A stretch of DNA of 64,000 bases from a virus (Duplodnaviria; Caudoviricetes): positions 73,434 to 137,433 of the IMG/VR virus record IMGVR_UViG_3300009037_000004; one strand, written 5' to 3'. A model generated the notes under the pieces. It had not been told where the DNA came from. It searched no databases and worked only from the letters and a program-made list of their open reading frames with translations. Made by a program: the position numbers and the translations under genes. Positions 9,820 through 20,063 of the stretch are shown here, in pieces; positions within the stretch are counted from its first letter, which is position 1; every line of letters starts with the position of its first letter.

Positions 9820-10586
9820 ATCGCTCCTGGTCTGAAGATCATAAGGTAACCGCCGATCTTACCCGCCCCGGCCGTGACTCGTGTGACCTTGAAGCAGAGC
9901 TTCCACTTTTTGCTGATCCACTCGGCCTTGTAGGCGTCGAGATCCCAGACGCCGAGGGGCGAGCCACAGTCCATGTTCTTGCAAAAGAACATCTCGATGG
10001 CGAGATCGTACAAATTCCAAGCACCCTTGTCCGCACCGTTCGGTGTGATGGCCTCAGTCCAATGCTCGTCCACATCCCAGTACCCAGCGCCCTCACCCGA
10101 CTTGGTGCTGTACCCATCTGGGATAGGGACGGCCTGTGCTAGATCGACGTCGTAGGCCCCATCTCCCGCTGCCGGGACGATGATATTGAAGCCCAAGCCG
10201 GTGGGCACGAGGTTGCAGTTGCCCGTGTTGGTCAGGTTCTCGGTCGCAACCGTGGCAGGCATTCGAACGGAGATGCTCCACGAGTCCTCAAATCCCCAGT
10301 CTCCAGCAGGTCTCCAGGAGATGTGGCCGTCATGCAACTCGATCGGTTCGCAGAATTGGGCTTCGCACTCCTTGGTGTCGGGCTCCGTGAAGGAGAGGAA
10401 GAACTGCGTGCCCTCTCCACGACCAGAACTGGGAGGCGTGGGGTTCAGGTTATCTCCCCGAGCGGACAGCCAGGTGAACGTGCCCTCGGTAGCCGGGCTG
10501 TTCACCATTACCGGCTTCTTATCGTACTCTCGGGGCGAGTCGAGGGCGGTGAGAGGCACACCCTCATCTGTCTTTGGGACACTCAC
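9816..10586 (-). CDS. Putative virion protein
   Basis: Coupled ORF in structural block. Confidence 0.6.
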   Translation of the reverse strand: MSVPKTDEGVPLTALDSPREYDKKPVMVNSPATEGTFTWLSARGDNLNPTPPSSGRGEGTQFFLSFTEPDTKECEAQFCEPIELHDGHISWRPAGDWGFEDSWSISVRMPATVATENLTNTGNCNLVPTGLGFNIIVPAAGDGAYDVDLAQAVPIPDGYSTKSGEGAGYWDVDEHWTEAITPNGADKGAWNLYDLAIEMFFCKNMDCGSPLGVWDLDAYKAEWISKKWKLCFKVTRVTAGAGKIGGYLMIFRPGAM

Positions 10587-10589
10587 GCT

Positions 10590-10916
10590 TTATCTCCAAG
10601 CAGCCGTGACATTCACTTCTCCGGCTGCCATCAGAGTCGTCACAGCTCTGATCGCCCGAAGGGAATAGCCCGACAGACGAACCAGATCAGCTTTGTTGAC
10701 CGTGGCCACTGTTGACCACCGAAGAGGCTTCTCGGGATCGTCCTGCGTTCCCTCGATGAGCACTGTTCCAGAAAATGGCTTGGCGTTGTCGCTCGACGCA
10801 ACTTGAACCGTCAGATCCTGTGCATCCTCGACATTGATCGGTTTGCCCTCTGAGTCCTTGTCGGACTTGAGAAGTTCCTCGACGTGCATGCGCTTCCTCC
10901 AAGAGAACCATTTCAT
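10590..10916 (-). CDS. Hypothetical protein
   Basis: Coupled ORF. Confidence 0.55.
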   Translation of the reverse strand: MKWFSWRKRMHVEELLKSDKDSEGKPINVEDAQDLTVQVASSDNAKPFSGTVLIEGTQDDPEKPLRWSTVATVNKADLVRLSGYSLRAIRAVTTLMAAGEVNVTAAWR

Positions 10917-11827
10917 GGTGTTTCCTGTGTGAAGACAAAGGTCACATCAAATGACCCAGCGGTCGTATTGGTGGCACACTTGAAGCTGAGTCCTTCGTTT
11001 GCACGTAGCACAATAGGTTTCAGCGGAGGTGCCACACGCCACACTGGACCCATCGTGAACAATCCCTGCGCCATACCTTCAACGTCCAACGTACCCGGCC
11101 CCCAATCGTCTGAAGAAACTCGCCGCGCAAACAACCCCGATGCCGCTTCACCGGCAACTGTCGCTCCAGTCAGAGCACTCAGACTTCCGCTCAAGGAGTC
11201 AGCAGTGTCATGTGGAAGTGGGGTCACCCCTGAACCGCCGGAGTGACCTGTGATCCGCCGACCTTCAAACAAGGCCACGACCCCGGTGATCGCCGTCGTG
11301 CTGGCGTTAGACAGCCAGATTTCCCTCACTCTGGCCACCACAGTGCTGCCAGATGCGTTGACGAGTGACAGCAATGACTTGCCGTTGCCGAGCACAACGC
11401 CTTGCGCGGTTGCTATGAAAGTGGCTAGTTCAAACTCTTGGGCCTCTACACGCAATCGACGTATGGCAGCGTAGCTCAGAACATCCGCGACAGAAGTTCC
11501 ATCCCAGACTTTCACTCGGCCGATACCGTTGTCTCCCTCCGGGAGGGAGTCCGTGATCTTCTTGATACCAGCCGTGTCCCTGATAGCGGTCAGGATGGTC
11601 TCCAGCGAAGTGAGCTTCCCACTCTCCTTTGCTGGATCACTGGGGATGTTGTCTGTCTTGGCCTTGATGGAAGCCAAGTTCCCATCCTCAGTCGCCGGAT
11701 TGATCTGTGTTCCGCTCGCACTCAGCAACTTGCCGAGCATGGAGAGGCGATAGACACCACTGTCGGAGACGACAGAAACTGGGTTCCCACTGGCATCGTA
11801 CAGGATGACAACTGGGCTCTTAGCCAT
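10913..11827 (-). CDS. Tail-fibre-like structural protein
   Basis: 'IKAKTDNIPSDPA' repeat-like segment and beta-rich C-terminus. Confidence 0.55.
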   Translation of the reverse strand: MAKSPVVILYDASGNPVSVVSDSGVYRLSMLGKLLSASGTQINPATEDGNLASIKAKTDNIPSDPAKESGKLTSLETILTAIRDTAGIKKITDSLPEGDNGIGRVKVWDGTSVADVLSYAAIRRLRVEAQEFELATFIATAQGVVLGNGKSLLSLVNASGSTVVARVREIWLSNASTTAITGVVALFEGRRITGHSGGSGVTPLPHDTADSLSGSLSALTGATVAGEAASGLFARRVSSDDWGPGTLDVEGMAQGLFTMGPVWRVAPPLKPIVLRANEGLSFKCATNTTAGSFDVTFVFTQETP

Positions 11828-12327
11828 CAGTACACCACGATCGCTCTGCTTCGACTGGTTTCGATGACCCCAGTGTAACTGATAGTGTCCGTAGCGTCAG
11901 CAGCCGGACTCACTCCATCGACCTGATACACGATCCACTTCTCGGTGGCGAAGGTCTTGTTGGCGTTGTACGTCCCCTCCCACCGGCAGATCTTTTTGAG
12001 CTTGGCAGAGGTCTCGTACCAGGTTTCATCCGTAGGAAAGACGGTCCCCGTGTAGTTGGTCTCGCAGTAGAGAGGTCCCGCACCAAAGCCATCTCCAGGG
12101 GAATTGGTCTCGAGGAAATGGATCAACTGACGCAGAACAAGATGCTGTTCCGCAGTGATGCCTGAGCCACCAGTACGGGGATTGAACAGACCGAGGGCGT
12201 CCCGAAAGTGGAACTCGCCGTTGACGGACCTGACGGTACCTACTTCGTTGGCAGGCTCGTCCGCGCTGTCGATGAAAAAGATCTCATCGACACGCTCACC
12301 ACGAACGCCGGTCCCATCGATCGGCAT
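11827..12327 (-). CDS. Putative virion protein
   Basis: Coupled ORF. Confidence 0.55.
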   Translation of the reverse strand: MPIDGTGVRGERVDEIFFIDSADEPANEVGTVRSVNGEFHFRDALGLFNPRTGGSGITAEQHLVLRQLIHFLETNSPGDGFGAGPLYCETNYTGTVFPTDETWYETSAKLKKICRWEGTYNANKTFATEKWIVYQVDGVSPAADATDTISYTGVIETSRSRAIVVY

Positions 12328-12899
12328 CAGGCACGGCTCTTCCGCCCTCGCTTCTTGGGCTTCTCAGGAGGAGCTTCCGGAAGTTCGGGTGGGACCTCGG
12401 CAGCCTTGCGATCTACAGCCTTGCCATGCTCGAGCCGTGCAGCCTCACCTGCCGTACGGGGAGCCGTCAGCACTGCCTCCTCCCCCTTGGCCGCCAGCTC
12501 CATGAAGGTCTGGAGCTTCTGCGTCTCGTCATCCCGCATCTTCTGCACGATCTTCATGGCGTCCTGAAGACCTGCCGCGCGACCACCCTGTGCGACCGCC
12601 TTCTGCTGCTCCACGTCCGCCATGTGCCCCAGGTAGTCGCCCGCCCGAGTCAGCCACTGCTTGACGATCTGCACCACGAGATGTGCCTCGAGACCGTCCT
12701 TGATTGCCTTCTCCCCCTCCTGGTCTGCCTCCAACTTGGCGATCAAGTCTGCTGGAACCTTCTTCGCCGCCTGCCGCAGGGCTTGTGCTGCACCTGCCAG
12801 CTCGCTCGCCGCTTTCTGTTCACCACCGAGACGGTCTTCCATGTCCGCCCCGAGGTTGTTCGCGACTGCGATCTTGAGCTGTGCCTTATCGAGGTTCAT
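12327..12899 (-). CDS. Helical hypothetical protein
   Basis: ORF with GAGG RBS. Confidence 0.6.
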   Translation of the reverse strand: MNLDKAQLKIAVANNLGADMEDRLGGEQKAASELAGAAQALRQAAKKVPADLIAKLEADQEGEKAIKDGLEAHLVVQIVKQWLTRAGDYLGHMADVEQQKAVAQGGRAAGLQDAMKIVQKMRDDETQKLQTFMELAAKGEEAVLTAPRTAGEAARLEHGKAVDRKAAEVPPELPEAPPEKPKKRGRKSRA

Positions 12900-12920
12900 C
12901 GGCCCTACCTCAGAGGATTA

Positions 12921-12954
12921 CCCGCAGGACCCAGCGTCAACCAGGTCCTGCGGG
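12921..12954. terminator. Hairpin downstream of the 540 aa structural gene
   Basis: cccgcaggacc...ggtcctgcggg inverted repeat. Confidence 0.45.
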
Positions 12955-12966
12955 GCGCGGGTTGTA

Positions 12967-14589
12967 CTAGCTACCCCAGACGATCATGCAGAGCTGGTCG
13001 GGCTTGGAACCGGTGCCCTTGAGCCCGAACTCGAACATGAGATCGCCGTTGGCGGGCGTGGTGCCCGGGTACACGTCGTGGTTGGCGGCAGCATTCGCCC
13101 CGTTGCGGAGCAGCTCGCCGTTGAGGTACACGTCCACGTCGTCCACGAACGTGCCGACCCCCGAGTAGTCCGGGAGCTGGGCGTCGAGGTTGGGGCTTCC
13201 ACCAGCGCCAGTGACGTTGGTGTCGGCCGCGACGTCGGCCGTGAGGGCGGCGTACGCCTTGACCCGCGCGGCCTTGTGGCTGGCCTGCACGAGGGCGTTC
13301 ATGAGCGAGACCTCGCCGAACTCCGTCTCGTAGTTGTCCCACTCGGCGGTGGTATCGGAGAGCTTGACCGACGTGGCCGTCCAGGTGGAGCCCGTTCGGT
13401 TCACGTCGTCGAAGAGGATCTCCCCGCCCACGGAGTCGAGCTTCAGGTCTCCGGTGGCGCCAGTGGCCACGGTGAGAGCGCCGCCACTGTCGATTTGGTT
13501 GGCGGTGACACCGATCTGGATGGTGGTGCCCGCCGCGCCAGTGTCGATCTTGACGCCGTTGAGGAAGTCGGACTCGACCGCATCGACATCGAACTGATCG
13601 ACGTCGTCCTCGACCGCGACCTTGCTGGTGCCGCCAGCCGAACCCTCGATGATCTGGAAGAGCACGGCCTCCAGGTCGTCTCGGATCTGCCACACCAGCC
13701 CCGCGCCCTCCAGGTCGAGGTACGAGCTGGTCGTGACATCGACCGGCGTCGTGCCCTGGTTGTCGTAGGCCACCTGTCGGGTCGGGGTGACCGCGCCACC
13801 ACCGATGTCCGTGACCGCGCCCTTGAGGAAGTCGGCCTCGGTCAGGGCATCGAGAGACACACGCTCGCGTGTGGCGTAGTTGATGGTCTTGCCCGCGATG
13901 TCGGCGACCGGGCAAGCCTCGAGATCGTCGAACGTGGCGTTGGGCCGGACGAACGAGATCTGCGCCCTGACCGGGGTGGTCCCCGTCATCGTGTGTCCAT
14001 CGGTTGCGGTTTCCGACTGGATGAGACCCCAGACTTGACGACCGTCCGAGAGGACAGGATCGCCAGTGGCGGCGTCCACGATGGTGAGCAGGTTCTTCGG
14101 GTTCAGGGCGTGTGGGCCAGCGACTTCGTCCAGGGAGTGCGTGCCGAACGTGCCCGCGTGGTGAGCGACGACCGTACCCTTGGTCGTGACTGCACCAACG
14201 GCTGCCGTGGTGTTAGAAGGCAGCTCACCGAGAGCCAGAATCTCCCAGTTCTGCGCGGCGGTCACACTGACGTCGATGCCGACACGGAAGACGTCACGCA
14301 GAACACGCTTCTTCTCGATCGCGTGCAGCGCGGCGTTGGTCGCGTCGATGCCTCGGATGGTGCCGTTCTCGAGTGCGGTCGGCTGGGTCAGATCGCTGTA
14401 CCAGTTGCCCGAGGGGAAGCTGGCCCCGTTGCGGTTCAGGAAGTTCTGGATCTGAGACCGCAAATGGTTGAGGTTGTCCTCGACGTTTGCCGGATTGGTC
14501 TCGTACGCGGCGAGGGTCGGGGCGATCGTATCGTCGTATGTATTGGACGGTGCGATCTGTGCATCCTGACGAATGAAAGTACGTCCCAT
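12967..14589 (-). CDS. Abundant virion structural protein (540 aa)
   Basis: Very strong GC3 codon bias producing an antisense shadow ORF; Gly/Thr/Asp-rich. Confidence 0.7.
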   Translation of the reverse strand: MGRTFIRQDAQIAPSNTYDDTIAPTLAAYETNPANVEDNLNHLRSQIQNFLNRNGASFPSGNWYSDLTQPTALENGTIRGIDATNAALHAIEKKRVLRDVFRVGIDVSVTAAQNWEILALGELPSNTTAAVGAVTTKGTVVAHHAGTFGTHSLDEVAGPHALNPKNLLTIVDAATGDPVLSDGRQVWGLIQSETATDGHTMTGTTPVRAQISFVRPNATFDDLEACPVADIAGKTINYATRERVSLDALTEADFLKGAVTDIGGGAVTPTRQVAYDNQGTTPVDVTTSSYLDLEGAGLVWQIRDDLEAVLFQIIEGSAGGTSKVAVEDDVDQFDVDAVESDFLNGVKIDTGAAGTTIQIGVTANQIDSGGALTVATGATGDLKLDSVGGEILFDDVNRTGSTWTATSVKLSDTTAEWDNYETEFGEVSLMNALVQASHKAARVKAYAALTADVAADTNVTGAGGSPNLDAQLPDYSGVGTFVDDVDVYLNGELLRNGANAAANHDVYPGTTPANGDLMFEFGLKGTGSKPDQLCMIVWGS

Positions 14590-14598
14590 TTCTTTCTC

Positions 14599-14892
14599 CT
14601 ACGGGGTGTGGTAATCCGCGATCAGCTTCTCATGATCTCTGGGCGGTATGGCCACCACTATGGTATCGTACCCTGTTCCCGGTCCGCCACTCTCCGATAC
14701 CACGTAGTCATTCGAAACACCAAAGTGCAACCGCTGACCGTTCCGGTAGACCTTGATGTTCATGTTCGTGCCCTGCACAAATGGCTCTGGCGTTGTGAAA
14801 TCCTGGTTCGACCCGTCATAAATCCCTAGAAGGGCAACTCCCTCGCGCACCTTCTCCGCAAAAGGATCTCGTTTTCTGACAGTGACGGCCAT
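14599..14892 (-). CDS. Small structural protein
   Basis: 'VYRNGQRL' Ig-like motif similar to the C-terminus of the next gene (VYLNGELL). Confidence 0.6.
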   Translation of the reverse strand: MAVTVRKRDPFAEKVREGVALLGIYDGSNQDFTTPEPFVQGTNMNIKVYRNGQRLHFGVSNDYVVSESGGPGTGYDTIVVAIPPRDHEKLIADYHTP

Positions 14893-14937
14893 TCCATTTC
14901 CACAAGTGTAAGAGACGATACGCAGTCCTGGGAAGAC

Positions 14938-15261
14938 CTATCCCGACTTCGTGGCGTCCTCTATCACACACAGCCCTTTCGCGGGGTCTACGAGGCGTAG
15001 GTTACGATCGCCTACCACCCCCAGCTTCTTGAACACCTCCTCCAAAATCTTTCCCTCCTCCGCCTCTAACTGCCTCTCCTCCCTCCGCAGATCTAGGAGA
15101 GACAACTCCAGATTCTGCCGCCTAGCCATGTTGAGCTTCTTCTTCACCGACATGAGCTCGAACCTCATCAGCGTCACCTGATCGAGCTGGACGATGTGCG
15201 GCTTGGGGGCCTCCTCGATCGGTTCGACCTTCGGAATCTCATCGGTCATCTGGTCCTCCAC
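14938..15261 (-). CDS. Coiled-coil hypothetical protein
   Basis: ORF track. Confidence 0.55.
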   Translation of the reverse strand: MEDQMTDEIPKVEPIEEAPKPHIVQLDQVTLMRFELMSVKKKLNMARRQNLELSLLDLRREERQLEAEEGKILEEVFKKLGVVGDRNLRLVDPAKGLCVIEDATKSG

Positions 15262-15491
15262 TAACCAGTCAAAAACTGGTCGATCTCGTCTACGACCAGC
15301 GTGCTGGCATCCGACACATTCTGGTCGGTCAGCCTGCCGGCGCCGGTCCGGCCTTTCAAGATGGACTTGAGGAACTCAGCCTCATCCTCAAGTCTCGCGA
15401 TCTCCTTGTCCGCCCATTCCTCAACCGCCTCTTTCAAGGCGTCCAGTCGGGCATCACGAGCTGTGGTTGTCGCGTCAGTTGAGTCGGCCAT
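15261..15491 (-). CDS. Hypothetical protein
   Basis: ORF track. Confidence 0.6.
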   Translation of the reverse strand: MADSTDATTTARDARLDALKEAVEEWADKEIARLEDEAEFLKSILKGRTGAGRLTDQNVSDASTLVVDEIDQFLTG

Positions 15492-15494
15492 GGC

Positions 15495-16265
15495 TCACTT
15501 CGTGTACTGATCGTACTTCTCTGCGATGGCTTTCTTCAAGCGAGAAACTTTCGGTGCGCTCATCCCCAGAGTCCTGGCAATCTGACCAGGTTCCAGCTTG
15601 GGCTTTCCCCCGATCCCATGGATGTACTCGAACACTTGCCGCTCTTCCGGGTTGAGATCGTAGGGGAGTAGCCGGATGATTTCCTGATGCCTGGACGGGG
15701 AGAATGAGGCCGGGTCGTGTTCAAACTGGCTGAAGGGCCTGGCCTGACGAATCTCCCGCTGGAGTACATCTACTTGCCGAGGGCTCCACTTGAGATGGTC
15801 GGCAAGCTCGAGCTGGGTAGGTGGCCGCCCAAATTGCTCATCCAAGACCTGGGTTGCGTCCTTGAATTCCTGGATGCGATAGACCCTATTCTCCGGAATC
15901 CTGGCGGGGTTCTGATAAGTCGTGATGAACCGCGGGGCCTTCTTGAGCTGATGCCTGATGTGTGTTCCCAGCCCCGCTCCCCGCTCGGGATTGTAGGTCT
16001 GGAGCGCCTTCACGCACTGGTTGGTGAACTCAGCTCGGATAGCAGCGGGAGGAACGTCTCGCACCCTCCCAGCCCAGATGTTTGCCTGGTGGCTGATGAG
16101 TGGCTTGAAGGACTGGATCAAAGGCTTGAGCTGATGCGGCTGCATCCCCCCGTCCTTCCAGGTCTGCCACATCTCATGTTCTTTCTGCTGCTTCGACCGC
16201 AGATCATCGGCGGCCTGTTTCTGAAGACCATCTACCAGCGTGAGGAACTCGTCCAGGGGATTCAT
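15495..16265 (-). CDS. Sigma-70 family (FliA/SigB-like) RNA polymerase sigma factor
   Basis: 'YNPERGAGLGTH' (region 2), 'ARIPENR', 'GRPPTQLELADHL' (region 3), HTH 'IARTLGMSAPKVSRL' (region 4). Confidence 0.8.
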   Translation of the reverse strand: MNPLDEFLTLVDGLQKQAADDLRSKQQKEHEMWQTWKDGGMQPHQLKPLIQSFKPLISHQANIWAGRVRDVPPAAIRAEFTNQCVKALQTYNPERGAGLGTHIRHQLKKAPRFITTYQNPARIPENRVYRIQEFKDATQVLDEQFGRPPTQLELADHLKWSPRQVDVLQREIRQARPFSQFEHDPASFSPSRHQEIIRLLPYDLNPEERQVFEYIHGIGGKPKLEPGQIARTLGMSAPKVSRLKKAIAEKYDQYTK

Positions 16266-16268
16266 GCG

Positions 16269-16502
16269 CTACCTGGGGAGCGTGGCGTGTTGTTTGATCG
16301 AGGGCCCAAGCCCGGTGAGATGCTTCGGCTCGGTCTTGTTCAGGAACTTGCCGGGCTTCATCGAGTTGTTAAGCTGCTTGAAGGCGAACCCCTTGCTGTC
16401 CTCCGTGGGGGGGTTCATGAGTTTGACGCCTGGGGTCTTCATCCGTAGGTCTCCGCCCAGTGCGGCTATCTTCGTGATTTCATCCCAAAAGGCGTCCCAC
16501 AT
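16269..16502 (-). CDS. Small protein with FWDEITKIA motif
   Basis: MWDAFWDEITKIA. Confidence 0.65.
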   Translation of the reverse strand: MWDAFWDEITKIAALGGDLRMKTPGVKLMNPPTEDSKGFAFKQLNNSMKPGKFLNKTEPKHLTGLGPSIKQHATLPR

Positions 16503-16756
16503 CAGCCTTTTCCTTCTCCCGGAGACTCGACCATGCCCGGCCCACCCTCGACTTCGTAGTCCTTGACCCCCTCCAGCTCACCCTCGGTCACCGGCGTCTT
16601 TTCGTCCGGCGGGGTCTTGTTGGCGTTCCGAGCGATGAGGTTCTGGGCCCGGATTGGTCTCCGCCCAGCACGGGACTGCATGAAGGAAGACATCCGCACG
16701 GAAACAGCGATTTTCTCGAGCTCGTCAAAGAGCCCAGTGAGACGATCCATGGGCAT
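16502..16756 (-). CDS. Small protein with LFDELEKIA motif
   Basis: Start MPMDR behind GGAGG RBS. Confidence 0.65.
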   Translation of the reverse strand: MPMDRLTGLFDELEKIAVSVRMSSFMQSRAGRRPIRAQNLIARNANKTPPDEKTPVTEGELEGVKDYEVEGGPGMVESPGEGKG

Positions 16757-16775
16757 GAGTCTACCTCCGAGAGGG

Positions 16776-19700
16776 CTACCCAAGCAACGCCTTGTAATCT
16801 GTGATCTCAGAGACGTAGGCCCACACAGCCTGTCGCCGACGTTGCCGGACATCCAGTTTCTTGGCCGTGGCCTGAGACTTGTCCTTGCTGAGACCGAGCA
16901 CCTTCTTCACCTTCGCATCCACTAGCCCGAACAGGTCGGCCACGTCCCCAAAGGCTCGACTGTGGAAACCCTCGGTTCCGGTCGTCGTGTAGTTCCCCGA
17001 ACCGGCTGGATCTTCCGTGACCGTGAAGTCGGTGGAGCCCAAGATCTGAGCCATAGTAGCTACCGGCCGCCAGGTGTAGTTTCTGATGAACTCCCCCACG
17101 TCCAGACCGTAGTGCTTGAGGTAGCTGTAGATCCTGACGAGGTAGTCCACTGAGGCTTCGATCGTCCGTTCCTTCTCCACTGTCACCAAAGCTGCGGCCC
17201 AGATCTTCTTCTGCGCTTGGGATGCTGAATCGTCTTCATGCTCCGAGTCAGTGGTATTGGCAAGTGCCGTATTGGCCCCGATGAACGAGCCGCTCTTCTG
17301 CTCCCCCTCCACCTGGATCTCATCCGAGGTTCGATCCAGATACTCGTCAAGACTCTCAGTCTCCACAGTCATGGTTCCTTGAGAGATTCCCTCTTGCACC
17401 TCCAAGAGAGAGGTCAACTGATCTGCGGTCCCGATAGCTTCAATATCCGTGATCGAATCGATGCCGAAGAACTGCTGGTAAGTCTCCCCGATCTTGAGGT
17501 TCATCCAGCCGTCCCAGATCCATGGGGGTTGGATGGCGTACTCGATCGGGACATCTACGTTTGCCTTCTCCCGCCGAGTGTATTCCTCCAAGACCTCGTA
17601 GGCCATATAGACGGACGTTGTCTGATGCAATGGACCAGAAGTGTACGGCCCGTAAGCGAGCTGGAAGGTACTCTGAGTGCCCATATCCAGACGTTTCGAG
17701 GTGCCAGGAACCGGATTTCCGACAATCACCTTTCCCGTTCCGTAGAGCAGCTTGATATGCCGGCCAGCGTATGACTTGGAAACGTCCTTAGAGGAGGTGA
17801 TCTTCCCTCCCATCGGCCCTCGCCCGCCCACCTTCGGTAGAGAATCGGAAGACACGGCCCCCACCGTCTTTCTCTTCGCGCTGCGCGACCCCACTTTCCG
17901 ACTGACGACGGCCTTGTCCACACCCAGGAACTCGGTGTCCTCTCGATGGATGCGAGCCTGTTCAAAAGCGTACTGGGTGTTGCCGCCCTGCTGGTTGAGC
18001 GTATGCGTGATCTGTGTGCAGCATCCAAAGTACTGGGTAGGAACGATCAGGCGAAGGAGGTCCGATCGTGTCACTTCACTACCGCTGCTGGCAGCGATGC
18101 TCTTGCCCTTTTTCTTCAGCTCTTCCTGCTGTGTCTCCACCGGTTGGTTGGTGAGGGCGAGATCATCAGCCGTCAACGGACGATCGATGAGTACCGCAGG
18201 GAAGCCTGGCACGAACCAAGGATTGAAGCGCCCCTCAGCGGACATCTGCCGGCTGGAGAAGCGATGCTTGAAGTACTGGTGGTTGACTGACCTCTGAGCG
18301 TAGCTGACCTTCGCCCCCTTGTAGGAAACCTTGCTGCTCTTCATGGCGAAGAGGTTGGCCTCCGAGAGCTTCTCGTACATCGGGATGATCCCGGTCAGAA
18401 GCTCATGGTTCAAGATCAACTGACTGAAACGCCGGTTGCTCAACTTCAGCCCCGACCGCATGTCCTTGACGTTGGGGGCGTAGTACCTACCGTTGAAGAG
18501 GGCATCGTCCCCCAAGATCTCATTCGTGGTCTGGAGCTCCATCCGGGAGACTTCGCGGAGGAAGTTCCGGCTCCACTGAAAGCTCTGGTACAGCTCGGGG
18601 AAGAGGACGTTACACCTGGGGGCAGGGACGAACCAGATGTCCGGGCGCAAGATCTGATTGTTCACCCGCTCGAGCTTATCTAGCGTGTAATCACGCTGGT
18701 GTTTGATCCTTGTGCCCAGGATGATGTCACAGCCTGCGATAGCACCATCGAGGTAGACTCCAGTTGCAGTCCGCTTGGCCATGTCTCCCAGCGCGGCGGA
18801 GTCTCTTCCTCGACTGATGACATTGGAGCCAGCGATGAAGTTCGAGGAGACGGACTTGTAGGTGGAGGAGAGCCCAGCCACTTTTGGCACACCACCCGAA
18901 TTCAAACCTTGAACGATCGTGAGGGCCTTGTCCAGATCATTACGCAATGCGGTGGCCGTAGCTGAGCTCGAGATGGTCTTGGCTGTCGTCTGCTTGGGGA
19001 GCTTCCCTGTCGTGATGTACCTCCCCAAATCCTTCAAACCCTTGACCGTCTCCTTGAGCGAAGACGGTTGCTGTTGTTGAGCATCACTCACCGAAGCTGG
19101 GTAGTTGGTCAGATTGTTCTTCGCGGACATGAGGAGCGCGCGAAGCTCCTTGATCTTCTTCACGAAGTCTTGGCAGCTCGGGTCTTTTGCCAGATCTGTG
19201 GCCCAAGTCTTGGTCTTCTTGATCCCAACCTCGGCTTCCTGGTACTTGGCCACCGGGCAAGGGAAGATGGTGTGGAAGACGAACTGCTGCATGATCTGAA
19301 CTACACCGCGGAACGTCACCAGCTTGCCCAGTGACCCCATCTGCCGGTTCATCCACATGTTGAAGGTCTTGCGGGCGAAGAGCTTGGCTGTGCTGGAGTC
19401 CTTCTCTGCCGCCACGATCTGCTGCAAGATCTTCAGCCGCAGCTCGGCGATGGAGGTGAAGAGGCTGGCCCCCTTGAACGTAGTCTCTCCGTAGTAGCAA
19501 CCCCCGATGGCCTCAAGGCATCGAACCACGCCGGCGAGGAGACCCTTGAGCTCTGGGAAGTTGACAGACTTGCTGTTGGCCAACATTGCGAACGTGCCCA
19601 CGCCATGCCCCAGCGGGGAATTGAACATGGTCGTGTTGGCGCCAATGAAGGCCGCCTGCTGTCTGCCGCCCAGCAGCTCTCCCCCAAAGTTGTACTGGTA

Positions 19701-20063
19701 GGTCGTGTCCCAGTAGTTCGAGAGGTCTACGCACTGGAGCACAGCCGCTCTTGATCCAGTGTCCTTCTGGAAAGCGATCCCTTGGACCTCGCCCATGAAG
19801 AGGAGCTTGTACTTGGCGTTGAACTCCTCCTGGGCACTTGAGTAGGTCGTGGTCGAACTCAAAGGATAGGCGGCATCCACGAAGTCGTAGAAGAAGAGGT
19901 GCACGAGCGTCCGAGGTAGGAGCTCCAAGACCTTGTCAGTGGCCACGACCTGGATGGACGCGGCCACCGGCGTGTCCTGCGCGATGCTGATCGAGACTCC
20001 GATGACAGGGCACTCGACGCCCTCCAGGAAAAGCCGCAATCCTAGCTGGTGACCAATCGTCAT
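16776..20063 (-). CDS. Baseplate hub / tail-tip-like protein
   Basis: 1095 aa; two genes downstream of the tape measure; hub-like 'GRFNPWFVPGFPAVLID'. Confidence 0.5.
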   Translation of the reverse strand: MTIGHQLGLRLFLEGVECPVIGVSISIAQDTPVAASIQVVATDKVLELLPRTLVHLFFYDFVDAAYPLSSTTTYSSAQEEFNAKYKLLFMGEVQGIAFQKDTGSRAAVLQCVDLSNYWDTTYQYNFGGELLGGRQQAAFIGANTTMFNSPLGHGVGTFAMLANSKSVNFPELKGLLAGVVRCLEAIGGCYYGETTFKGASLFTSIAELRLKILQQIVAAEKDSSTAKLFARKTFNMWMNRQMGSLGKLVTFRGVVQIMQQFVFHTIFPCPVAKYQEAEVGIKKTKTWATDLAKDPSCQDFVKKIKELRALLMSAKNNLTNYPASVSDAQQQQPSSLKETVKGLKDLGRYITTGKLPKQTTAKTISSSATATALRNDLDKALTIVQGLNSGGVPKVAGLSSTYKSVSSNFIAGSNVISRGRDSAALGDMAKRTATGVYLDGAIAGCDIILGTRIKHQRDYTLDKLERVNNQILRPDIWFVPAPRCNVLFPELYQSFQWSRNFLREVSRMELQTTNEILGDDALFNGRYYAPNVKDMRSGLKLSNRRFSQLILNHELLTGIIPMYEKLSEANLFAMKSSKVSYKGAKVSYAQRSVNHQYFKHRFSSRQMSAEGRFNPWFVPGFPAVLIDRPLTADDLALTNQPVETQQEELKKKGKSIAASSGSEVTRSDLLRLIVPTQYFGCCTQITHTLNQQGGNTQYAFEQARIHREDTEFLGVDKAVVSRKVGSRSAKRKTVGAVSSDSLPKVGGRGPMGGKITSSKDVSKSYAGRHIKLLYGTGKVIVGNPVPGTSKRLDMGTQSTFQLAYGPYTSGPLHQTTSVYMAYEVLEEYTRREKANVDVPIEYAIQPPWIWDGWMNLKIGETYQQFFGIDSITDIEAIGTADQLTSLLEVQEGISQGTMTVETESLDEYLDRTSDEIQVEGEQKSGSFIGANTALANTTDSEHEDDSASQAQKKIWAAALVTVEKERTIEASVDYLVRIYSYLKHYGLDVGEFIRNYTWRPVATMAQILGSTDFTVTEDPAGSGNYTTTGTEGFHSRAFGDVADLFGLVDAKVKKVLGLSKDKSQATAKKLDVRQRRRQAVWAYVSEITDYKALLG

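Noticed and set aside
12661-14829. 722 aa plus-strand ORF
   Set aside because: Antisense shadow of a strongly GC3-biased minus-strand gene; no RBS or motifs.
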